Source: Candidatus Woesearchaeota archaeon (GTDB taxonomy: Archaea; Nanobdellota; Nanobdellia; Woesearchaeales; ARS49). Taken from it: a DNA stretch of 64,000 bases. The position numbers and the translations under genes were made by a program. Below are positions 54,160 through 64,000 of this stretch, piece after piece; within the stretch, counting starts at the first letter, position 1, and each line of letters starts with the position of its first letter. The notes beneath the pieces are model-generated. The model searched no databases. It saw only the letters and a program-made list of their open reading frames with translations, and was not told where the DNA came from. Location: the NCBI GenBank assembly GCA_038850615.1, contig JAWCLR010000002.1, forward strand, positions 1,798-65,797, read 5' to 3'.

Positions 54160-56758
<2,599 letters not shown>

Positions 56759-56780
56759 AAAATATCATAAACCCGCAGGG

Positions 56781-56790
56781 TATTTAAAAA
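56781..56790 (+). promoter_or_regulatory. TATA box candidate for tRNA-Arg
   Basis: TATTTAAAAA lies 22 nt upstream of tRNA position 1. Confidence 0.5.
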
Positions 56791-56812
56791 AGTGGGCATT
56801 AAAACAGCCAGT

Positions 56813-56884
56813 GCCCCTGTAGGCTAGTGGATAGACTTAAGGGTTCCGGTCCCTTAGACCCGGGTTCGACTCCCGGCAGGGGCG
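56813..56884 (+). tRNA. tRNA-Arg (anticodon CCG)
   Basis: Acceptor GCCCCTG/CAGGGGC. Anticodon stem AAGGG/CCCTT with loop TTCCGGT. T-arm CCGGG-TTCGACT-CCCGG. Followed by T5. The D-stem pairs imperfectly by eye. Confidence 0.8.
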
Positions 56885-56887
56885 TTT

Positions 56888-57067
56888 TTATTCTTTTTGG
56901 ATGGCTTTCCTCCTCATTGCAGGAATGCCGTAGTATGCAATTATTGCTGTTGCTATTGCAATAATCCAGAATAATTTTCCGCTCAGCCTTCCAAGTGCGA
57001 CAAGCGCAAGGGAAACAACAAGCACTGCAATCACTGCAACCGCAATCGCTTTTATTGCGGTTTCCAT
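56888..57067 (-). CDS. small two-TM membrane protein (59 aa), not in ORF track
   Basis: TAATG overlap with the stop of 57067..57915. Translation begins METAIKAIAVAVIAVLVVSLALVALGRLSGKLFWIIAIATAIIAYYG... Confidence 0.5.
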   Translation of the reverse strand: METAIKAIAVAVIAVLVVSLALVALGRLSGKLFWIIAIATAIIAYYGIPAMRRKAIQKE

Positions 57068-57915
57068 TATGTCACCTGCTTCAGCGCTGCAATCGCGACT
57101 TCTATCTGTTTTTTGTCAGGTTTTTTTGTTGTTATTTTCTGCGCCCACAAGCCAGGCTGCATTAAGACCTTTAGTATTGTGTTGTTTGGCCAGCGCGCGC
57201 TCAGTTTGAGCAGCTCATAAGAAACTCCTGCAATCACAGGTATGAGCAGTATCCTGATAGGCACGTTCACATACCATCTTGGACTGTAGATTAACGAGAA
57301 CAAAATTATGCTTACGATTATCACGAACATGAGCAACGATGTTCCACATCGCGAATGCACTGTTGAGTATTTTCTCACGTTCTCAGGCGTTAATGCGCGC
57401 CCCTGCTCCATGCAGTGCACTGCCATGTGCTCTGCGCCGTGGTACTGGTACATCCTGCGCACGTCCTTGAAAAACCCTATGAACCAGATGTATGCAAGGA
57501 AAATAACAACCCTGAACGCACCGTCTATCAGGTTGAATGCAATCCCACGGGTTTCTGTGAAGAACCTTGCAAGATAATATGGCGCTATGACAAAAATTAC
57601 TATTGCAAGCGCAAGCGAGAGCAGGATTGTGAGCCCTGTCTGCCAGAATTCAAGCTTTTCCCTCTCTTCTGCCTGCTGGTTTGCGCTCCAGTTGAGCATT
57701 TTTATTCCCACAACCATCATTTCTCCGAGGAAAATCACTCCACGGATTATTGGCAGCTTTAGAATCAGGCTTTTCTGCGTTAATGAGACGTGCCTTTTCC
57801 TTGTTTTCACTATCTTGCCTTCAGGGGTTCTGGCTGCAGCGCCCACCCAATTAGGTGTTTTCATCATTACCCCCTCGATGAGCGCCTGGCCGCCGACATA
57901 GAATTTTTTCATCAC
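57067..57915 (-). CDS. DUF1385 (YqhQ-like) membrane protein
   Basis: VGGQALIEGVMMK N-terminal motif, HGAEH, and several TM helices. Confidence 0.8.
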   Translation of the reverse strand: MMKKFYVGGQALIEGVMMKTPNWVGAAARTPEGKIVKTRKRHVSLTQKSLILKLPIIRGVIFLGEMMVVGIKMLNWSANQQAEEREKLEFWQTGLTILLSLALAIVIFVIAPYYLARFFTETRGIAFNLIDGAFRVVIFLAYIWFIGFFKDVRRMYQYHGAEHMAVHCMEQGRALTPENVRKYSTVHSRCGTSLLMFVIIVSIILFSLIYSPRWYVNVPIRILLIPVIAGVSYELLKLSARWPNNTILKVLMQPGLWAQKITTKKPDKKQIEVAIAALKQVT

Positions 57916-58559
57916 ACTGTCACCATTTCTCCTGGCTTGAGGATTACTGCCCTGTGCTCTTTTTCTCGCTCAATGATTTCCTTGAACAATTCCGCGTCAT
58001 CCCGCGTGCCTTCAGTGTAGCCCCAGTGCGCAGGTATTGCAATTTTTGCCTTCATTGCGCAGACTGCTTTTGCCGCCTCTTCAGGGGTCATTGTCATTGT
58101 GCCTCCGACAGGAATAATCACCACGTCAGGGGCAAGCCCAATCATTTCCGGAAGCAAGTCTGTGTCCGATGTATAATAAATTTTCTTCATCTCGCTTTCA
58201 ATCAAGAACCCGATTACAAAACCCTCTTCATCATGCCCGCCAATGTGGTGCAATGTTTTTGCTGGCATTGCCCTTATTATTATTATCCCATCTGCTGTTT
58301 TTTTGTCTCCTGCTTTCATTGCTATGCAGCCGTTGAACTGCCGAGCCACCTCGGCAGTGCCAAAAATCATTGTGTCATCGCCAAGAAGCCTTTCCACGCT
58401 TTCTCTTGTGCAGTGCTCAGGATGCCAGTGCGACACAAGGATTATGTTTGCCTTGGGGAGTTTTAGAGGCGAGAATGGGTCGATGCGAGGGTCTATATAG
58501 ATTGCCTTTCCTATTGTCTCAATTAGGAATGTTGCATGGCCGAGCCACGTTATGCGCAT
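57912..58559 (-). CDS. metallo-beta-lactamase-fold hydrolase (UPF0173-like)
   Basis: MRITWLGHATFLIE...IYIDP...ILVSHWHPEH. ATG 58559 is preferred over TTG 58580. Confidence 0.85.
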   Translation of the reverse strand: MRITWLGHATFLIETIGKAIYIDPRIDPFSPLKLPKANIILVSHWHPEHCTRESVERLLGDDTMIFGTAEVARQFNGCIAMKAGDKKTADGIIIIRAMPAKTLHHIGGHDEEGFVIGFLIESEMKKIYYTSDTDLLPEMIGLAPDVVIIPVGGTMTMTPEEAAKAVCAMKAKIAIPAHWGYTEGTRDDAELFKEIIEREKEHRAVILKPGEMVTV

Positions 58560-58618
58560 GCATATCGCGTCGTATTTCAATATAATAATGTTTCTGTATG
58601 ACTCCCTTAAGCGAAAGT

Positions 58619-58626
58619 TTTATAAA
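58619..58626 (+). promoter_or_regulatory. TATA box candidate (psmB)
   Basis: TTTATAAA lies 50 nt upstream of ATG 58676. The 16-mer is identical to the rpl10e promoter. Confidence 0.45.
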
Positions 58627-58675
58627 CACCTTGTTTCTATTGGTTTTTAGAAAAATTCTGGATAAGTGGTTATTA

Positions 58676-59323
58676 ATGACTGAAGCCAAGGATTTGCAAC
58701 CGAAGACCGGGACAACAACCATTTGCGTGATGTGCAAGGATGGTGTCGTTCTGGCAGCAGACAGGAGGGCAAGCGGGGGAGGGATGGTTCTCCACAAGCG
58801 CGCCCAGAAGATTGTGCCAATTACTGACATGATTGCGGTTACGACTTCAGGAAATGTTTCAGATGTCCAGCTCATAACCAAGCTGGCAAAGGCAGAAATC
58901 AAGCTCAAGGATGTTCAGGTTTACCGCCCAACAACTGTGAGGGAAGCGGCAAACCTTGTGGCAGGTATGCTTTACAGCACGTTCCGCAGGCCAAGCATGA
59001 TACTCAGTGTTGCTTCCTTGATGATGGCAGGCAAGGATAATGAGGGCTTCCACGGGTATGAGCTGAGCCCTGATGGCAGCGTGATGGAGATAAAGGATTT
59101 TGCTGCAGATGGGTCAGGAATGGTTTTTGCCCTTGGCGTCCTTGAAACATTATACCGGAAGAATATGACCTTAGATGAGGGCATCAAGCTTGCTGTCAAG
59201 GCGGTCAATGCAGCCCTTCAGCGTGACACTGCATCTGGCAATGGCATTGATGTGGTGACCATAACTGATAAGGGAATTCAAAAAGTGCTTGAGAAGGAAC
59301 TCGAGATAAGGCTTGAGGCTTAA
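58676..59323 (+). CDS. psmB: proteasome subunit beta
   Basis: Propeptide MTEAKDLQPKTG followed by the active-site TTTICVMCKDGVVLAADRRAS. Confidence 0.9.
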   Translation: MTEAKDLQPKTGTTTICVMCKDGVVLAADRRASGGGMVLHKRAQKIVPITDMIAVTTSGNVSDVQLITKLAKAEIKLKDVQVYRPTTVREAANLVAGMLYSTFRRPSMILSVASLMMAGKDNEGFHGYELSPDGSVMEIKDFAADGSGMVFALGVLETLYRKNMTLDEGIKLAVKAVNAALQRDTASGNGIDVVTITDKGIQKVLEKELEIRLEA

Positions 59324-59378
59324 GACCCGCTTTCTTTTCTGCAGGGTCTTTTGGAAGAACAAGAGGCAAAACAAAAAC

Positions 59379-61268
59379 ATGGCAGATATCATAAAGGAAA
59401 TTCTGAACATGCTGCCAGAAGGCAAGATCTCAGACGCAGTCTTCGAAGGCGCGAACATAGTCTTGTACACCAAAGACAAGAAGTTTTTTCTTGATGATGG
59501 GGGCGCTGTGAGGGCAGCTGTCAACGCGTTAAAGAAGCGCATTGAGCTGCGCCCTGATCCTAAGATTTCTGAGGACCAGGAAAAGGCAGAGAAAGCCATC
59601 AAGAAGATACTTCCTGCAGAGTCAGGCGTCACAAGCATATCCTTTGAGCCGCAACGCTCAATAGTCACGATTGAGGCAGAAAAGCCAGGGCTTGCGATTG
59701 GCAAGCAGGGCGCACTGCTCAGGGAAATCAGGGAAAAGTGTCTTTGGGTGCCTGTGGTCAGGCGCACTCCTGCAATAAGGTCCGTGCTGATTGAGAACAT
59801 CAGGGCTGTGCTTTTCCAGAATTCAGAATACCGCAGGAAGTTCCTTGACAAGGTCGGCCACAGGATTTATGACGGGTGGATAAGGGAGAAGAAGAACGAA
59901 TGGGTAAGGCTTACTTTTCTTGGTGGTGCAAGGCAGGTTGGGAGGAGCTGCATTTTGCTTCAGACTCCAGAGTCAAGGGTGTTGATTGATTGCGGGATAA
60001 ACGTTGCTTCAGACCAGGAGCCCTACCCGTATCTTGACGTACCTGAATTCCATTTGAATGAGCTTGATGCTGTCATCGTGACGCATTCGCATCTTGACCA
60101 CTCTGGATTTGTCCCTTACCTGTTCAAGTACGGCTACCGCGGTCCTGTTTACTGCACTGCGCCGACAAGGGACGTGATGTCCTTGTTGCAGCTTGATTAC
60201 GTGAAGTTAATGAAGGCGGAGAACAGAGACCCGCTGTATGACACAGACCATATCAAGGAGATGGTTAAGCACACGATCACGCTTGAGTATGATGAGGTCA
60301 CTGACATCACGCCGGATGTGCGAATCACGCTGTACAACTCAGGACACATTCTTGGCGCCTCAATGGTGCACTTTAACATAGGCAATGGTTTGCACAACCT
60401 GCTTTACACGAGCGATCTTAAGTTTGGCAAGACTCCTTTGCTTGAGCCGGCAATAACGCAATTTCCTCGTCTTGAAACGGTAATCATCGAGGCGACGTAC
60501 GGCGGAAAAACAAATGTCCTTGGCTCGCCGCACGAGCAGGATGACCTTCTTAAGAACATCATCAAGGAAACAATCAATCGCGGTGGAAAGGTATTGATGC
60601 CTGTCCTTGGTTCGGGGAGGGCGCAGGACGTAATGGTCATGATAGAGGAAATGGTGCGGAAAAAAGAGCTTGACCCGATTCCTGTGTATGTTGATGGGAT
60701 GGTTTGGGATGTTACTGCAATCCACACGGCATATCCCGAATACCTTAACAAAGTTATCCGTAAGGCAATCTTCCACAAGGATGAGAACCCATTCCTCAAC
60801 CCAATATTTAAGCATGTTGGTTCGCCAAAAGAGCGTCAGCAGGTGCTTGAGGAAACAGGGCCTTGCGTAATACTTGCGACTTCAGGAATGATGGTGGGGG
60901 GTCCGTCTGTGGAGTACTTCAAGAACCTTGCAGACAATCCGAAAAACAGCATAGTTTTCACGTGTTACCAGCCAGAGGGCGCGCTTGGCTACCGCATAAT
61001 GCACGGCGAGAAAGAGTTCGTTTTCACAGAGGAGGGCCAGCAGCGCGTTGTGCCTGTAAAAATGGAGGTGTGCCGTGTTGAGATTTCAGACCATTCTGAC
61101 AGGAAGCAATTGATGAACTTTATTTTCAAGTCAACGCCGCGGCCGAAGAAAGTCGTCGTAAACCATGGCGAGAACTCAAGGGTGCTTGACCTTGCCTCAA
61201 GCATTCACAAGCTCGGCAGGATAGAGACAGTGGCTCCAAGGAATCTTGAGAGCATAAGGCTGAAGTGA
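59379..61268 (+). CDS. aCPSF1-type KH / metallo-beta-lactamase / beta-CASP ribonuclease
   Basis: N-terminal KH-like region, HSHLDHSG MBL motif, ~630 aa from ATG 59379 (MADIIKEIL). Confidence 0.9.
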   Translation: MADIIKEILNMLPEGKISDAVFEGANIVLYTKDKKFFLDDGGAVRAAVNALKKRIELRPDPKISEDQEKAEKAIKKILPAESGVTSISFEPQRSIVTIEAEKPGLAIGKQGALLREIREKCLWVPVVRRTPAIRSVLIENIRAVLFQNSEYRRKFLDKVGHRIYDGWIREKKNEWVRLTFLGGARQVGRSCILLQTPESRVLIDCGINVASDQEPYPYLDVPEFHLNELDAVIVTHSHLDHSGFVPYLFKYGYRGPVYCTAPTRDVMSLLQLDYVKLMKAENRDPLYDTDHIKEMVKHTITLEYDEVTDITPDVRITLYNSGHILGASMVHFNIGNGLHNLLYTSDLKFGKTPLLEPAITQFPRLETVIIEATYGGKTNVLGSPHEQDDLLKNIIKETINRGGKVLMPVLGSGRAQDVMVMIEEMVRKKELDPIPVYVDGMVWDVTAIHTAYPEYLNKVIRKAIFHKDENPFLNPIFKHVGSPKERQQVLEETGPCVILATSGMMVGGPSVEYFKNLADNPKNSIVFTCYQPEGALGYRIMHGEKEFVFTEEGQQRVVPVKMEVCRVEISDHSDRKQLMNFIFKSTPRPKKVVVNHGENSRVLDLASSIHKLGRIETVAPRNLESIRLK

Positions 61269-61319
61269 GTTTTTCACTACTTTTAAAAAGACCCATTCAC
61301 TTTCAGTATAGGGGTTGAG

Positions 61320-61538
61320 ATGATGGCAAAACTTACGGGATTGGCTTTATTGCTTTTGATTTTGGGAGTGGGATCACTTGTACTGCCACTGGTGGGGCTG
61401 CAGTTCAAGATATTTATGATATTTGAGCTCCTTATGGGCGCTAATGCATGGGTTGCATCAGTAACATGCATAGTTCTTGGAGTAATGCTTATGGCAGTCC
61501 AGGTGATAACGTCAAGGCAAAAGCGAAGGGCGCAATAA
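61320..61538 (+). CDS. small membrane protein (72 aa)
   Basis: Two hydrophobic helices and a basic C-terminus. Confidence 0.5.
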   Translation: MMAKLTGLALLLLILGVGSLVLPLVGLQFKIFMIFELLMGANAWVASVTCIVLGVMLMAVQVITSRQKRRAQ

Positions 61539-61540
61539 TC

Positions 61541-61801
61541 TCAGAAAGGCGGCAGGTCGCAGTTCCACCTGCAGGCGTCATAGTCTGCTTGGCATCTTCT
61601 TAGGGCTGTTTCGAGAACACTGTCGCACACTGTTTTTTCAGCATCGCATTTTGCACGCACCTTGTACGCCTTTTCAGCGCACACATCGCCTTCTGCCCTG
61701 CACGCATTAAGGCACTCAATCCTCTTGCCTTGCGACAGAACAGTTCCTGCAAGGGCAATGATGAGGACAATGCCGACAATAGCAATTACCAAATGCCTCA
61801 T
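61541..61801 (-). CDS. small secreted Cys-rich protein (86 aa)
   Basis: ATG 61801 (MRHLVIAIVGIVLIIALAGTVLSQG, a signal or anchor sequence), then 8 Cys in ~55 aa. TATA-like box about 25 nt upstream. Confidence 0.55.
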   Translation of the reverse strand: MRHLVIAIVGIVLIIALAGTVLSQGKRIECLNACRAEGDVCAEKAYKVRAKCDAEKTVCDSVLETALRRCQADYDACRWNCDLPPF

Positions 61802-61881
61802 GATGATTTGTTTTCGTGCTTGGGTATAAAAATGTTTTCCAAACGATAACTTTTTATACAGCCCAGAGGCAAGTCCTTGCC

Positions 61882-63102
61882 GTGGGAAAGCCAAATCCTT
61901 TTGAAAACGCGATAAGGAATCTTGAGCAGGCAAACGAATACGCAGGAGTCAAGGACGAAATTTTTGAGAAAATAAAAAAGCCGGAGAAAATTCATGAGTT
62001 CACGATTCATGCTGGCGGAAAAAAGTATCAGGGCTATCGCGTCCAGCATAATTCTGCAAGGGGGCCGTACAAGGGGGGAATACGGTTCCACCCAAAGGTT
62101 GACATTGATGAAGTGAAGGCATTGGCAACGTGGATGTCATTGAAGTGCGCTGTTGTTGACATTCCTTATGGTGGCGGCAAGGGTGGTGTTGCGTGCAATC
62201 CAAAAGAAATGACCAAGGATGAGCTTGAGGCTGTTGCGAGGGGTTGGGCTAAGGCAATGGTTCCGCATATTGGCGCGTGGAAGGATGTTCCTGCTCCTGA
62301 TGTTAATACTGATGGTCAGGTTATGGCTTGGATTCTTGATGAATATGAGAAGATCACTGGAAAAAAAGAGCCTGCTGTGATTACGGGAAAGCCATTGGAG
62401 CTTGGCGGCTCGCTTGGAAGGGACAAGGCAACTTCGCAAGGCGGATTTTTCGTGCTTAGGGAGGCAATGAGGACAAACAAGATTAGGCACAACACGGTCG
62501 CAATACAGGGTTTGGGTAATGTTGGCGGCTGGCTTGCAGAAATACTTCATAACGAAAAATTCAATGTCGTGGCTGTCTCTGATTCAAAAGGCGGGATTTA
62601 CAATGAAAAAGGTCTTGACATCCCGAAAGTGCTTGAGCAAAAGGAAAAAACAGGCACTGTCAAGGACTTCCCTGGAGCAAAAAACATCACAAATGAGGAA
62701 ATTCTTACGTTGCCTGTTGACATTCTGGCGCCTTGTGCTTTGGAGAATGTCATTACTGGACTGAATGCTGGCGCGATTAAGGCAAAACTGATTCTTGAAA
62801 TGGCAAACGGCCCGACAACCCCTGAGGCAGATGAAGTTCTGAACTCAAAAGGCGTTATTGTCATCCCAGACATCCTTGCAAATGCAGGCGGAGTCACAGT
62901 CAGTTATTTTGAGTGGGTACAGAATTTGTCAGGCTATTATTGGTCTCTTGAAGAGGTTGACAAAAAGCTTGAGCGCCAGATGACAAAGGCATTTGACGAT
63001 GTCCACAAGACTGCGCAAAAGCACAAGATTTCTTACCGGCTTGCTGCCAACGTGCTTGCGCTTGAAAGAATAGCAAGGGCAATGGAATTGCGGGGCTGGT
63101 AG
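61882..63102 (+). CDS. gdhA: glutamate dehydrogenase
   Basis: KGGIRFHP and GGGKGG motifs. No in-frame ATG near the 5' end. GTG 61882 (MGKPNPFENA) matches the usual GDH N-terminus better than GTG 61816. Confidence 0.9.
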   Translation: MGKPNPFENAIRNLEQANEYAGVKDEIFEKIKKPEKIHEFTIHAGGKKYQGYRVQHNSARGPYKGGIRFHPKVDIDEVKALATWMSLKCAVVDIPYGGGKGGVACNPKEMTKDELEAVARGWAKAMVPHIGAWKDVPAPDVNTDGQVMAWILDEYEKITGKKEPAVITGKPLELGGSLGRDKATSQGGFFVLREAMRTNKIRHNTVAIQGLGNVGGWLAEILHNEKFNVVAVSDSKGGIYNEKGLDIPKVLEQKEKTGTVKDFPGAKNITNEEILTLPVDILAPCALENVITGLNAGAIKAKLILEMANGPTTPEADEVLNSKGVIVIPDILANAGGVTVSYFEWVQNLSGYYWSLEEVDKKLERQMTKAFDDVHKTAQKHKISYRLAANVLALERIARAMELRGW

Positions 63103-63103
63103 A

Positions 63104-63286
63104 TTATTTCATTCTTCTGAGAATCCTGAACAGCATAATGATTATCAGCACGTGCAGTATCATGATGATTTCCGCAAGAGGAAGGTTAAGCCCGAAAAGT
63201 ATCATTCTCCCACCCTTTCTTCCTTCATCCTCATTTGGACTTTCTTGTGCTCCTGTTGTTTTTTGAGCTTCATTAATATTTTCCAC
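63104..63286 (-). CDS. small membrane peptide (60 aa, or 33 aa from ATG 63205)
   Basis: C-terminal TM helix ILFGLNLPLAEIIMILHVLIIIMLF. ATG 63205 forms an ATGA overlap with the stop of the alternative ORF 63202..63369. Confidence 0.3.
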   Translation of the reverse strand: MENINEAQKTTGAQESPNEDEGRKGGRMILFGLNLPLAEIIMILHVLIIIMLFRILRRMK

Positions 63287-63369
63287 ACGAGCATGAATTC
63301 AACAAGCACTGCCAGCAGGTTTAGTGCAACAAGGATGTTCAGCTGGACATCAATCCCGAACAAGTACAT
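63202..63369 (-). CDS. small membrane peptide (55 aa), not in ORF track
   Basis: ATG 63369 lies 5 nt after the upstream stop. Translation begins MYLFGIDVQLNILVALNLLAVLVEFMLVWKILMKLKKQQ... It overlaps 63104..63286 in another frame, so at most part of each is real. Confidence 0.3.
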   Translation of the reverse strand: MYLFGIDVQLNILVALNLLAVLVEFMLVWKILMKLKKQQEHKKVQMRMKEERVGE

Positions 63370-63373
63370 TTTT

Positions 63374-64000
63374 TCACCTCAAAGTGTATGTTTCCCTTCC
63401 TGTCATGCTTGGCGCGTAAAGCCTTGCGTCAATTATGTCTGCATTCATGCCTGCCTTTCCAAGCCTGTATTCGTGGCCGTAAATGGCAACACTGTTAGCA
63501 GGAAGCCTTAATGGTCCAAGCAGTTCTGCCAAAAGCGTGCTTCTTCCATGGTTGAGGTCGACCTCAATATTTATGCTTTTCTCCTTGTTTCCGCGGTTGT
63601 CAACAACAAAGTAAAGCACAAGCACCCCTGGGCTGAGCCATTCTCCTGCAACCTCAAAAGGGTGCACGTCAACAATGAACGGCGCAATTGTAGACTTAAC
63701 CCTTGACGGCCCTGAATAAGCGCTGATGCCTATGTCAACTGTCTTTGGCTGCATTACAGGAGGGATAAGGATGAATTCATATGGCTCTGTTTTTCTGGGC
63801 ATCAGCCTTGGGAGGGGCTCTGGCCCGATGACTTTCCAGTCAAGGGCTCTTGCTTCTGCCTGTCCGTGGTTTTTCCACCCTCCGATCATTGTGTTCCACA
63901 AAACCATTGGGGCAGGGTGAGCGTTTGCGAATGCGGTGTAAATGCGCGGGGTTGTGACCCTGTACGTGACGTCCTCGACAGACAGGTAGTTGTTGTTCTG
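63374..64000 (-). CDS. hypothetical protein, 5'-partial (runs off window)
   Basis: The frame stays open from 63907 to the window end (...QNNNYLSVEDVTYRVTTPRIYTAF...). C-terminal part is beta-rich. Confidence 0.7.
   Translation of the reverse strand, partial: QNNNYLSVEDVTYRVTTPRIYTAFANAHPAPMVLWNTMIGGWKNHGQAEARALDWKVIGPEPLPRLMPRKTEPYEFILIPPVMQPKTVDIGISAYSGPSRVKSTIAPFIVDVHPFEVAGEWLSPGVLVLYFVVDNRGNKEKSINIEVDLNHGRSTLLAELLGPLRLPANSVAIYGHEYRLGKAGMNADIIDARLYAPSMTGRETYTLR

Overview
Archaeal chromosomal segment. Evidence for this: ribosomal proteins L10e, L15e and S3Ae, proteasome beta subunit, aCPSF1, Bud32 kinase, ATP-dependent DNA ligase, an MCM-type ATPase, an intron-containing tRNA, and TTTATAAA-type TATA boxes about 23-25 nt upstream of many start codons, which implies mostly leaderless mRNAs. 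I call about 70 protein-coding ORFs (several short ones are not in the ORF track), one probable frameshifted gene and 3 tRNAs: Leu-CAG, Pro-GGG with a 44-nt intron, and Arg-CCG. I saw no rRNA, CRISPR array, transposase or integrase. Housekeeping genes (ftsZ, gyrB, hisS, lig, tpiA, trxA, gdhA, psmB) are interleaved with many secreted or membrane proteins of unknown function. The main candidate for a new system is a 16-17 kb minus-strand operon (1092-17934). It has six or seven ORFs joined by ATGA/TAATG overlaps: two paralogous proteins with class-III (prepilin-like) signal-peptide N-termini, one polytopic membrane protein, and three secreted Cys-rich proteins (680, 1061 and 1997 aa) that share a conserved L-x-x-W-R module. 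No ATPase or recognisable enzyme is present. A second candidate is a tightly linked pair at 35386-42393. The first gene is a 737-aa protein whose C-terminal half looks like an outer-membrane beta-barrel ending in ...GISGGVDF. The second is a 1596-aa, heavily N-glycosylation-sequon-rich surface protein. A third locus (22024-25129) encodes two small pilin-like proteins flanking a duplicated Cys-rich lipoprotein. All family assignments come from motifs read by eye; no database search was run.
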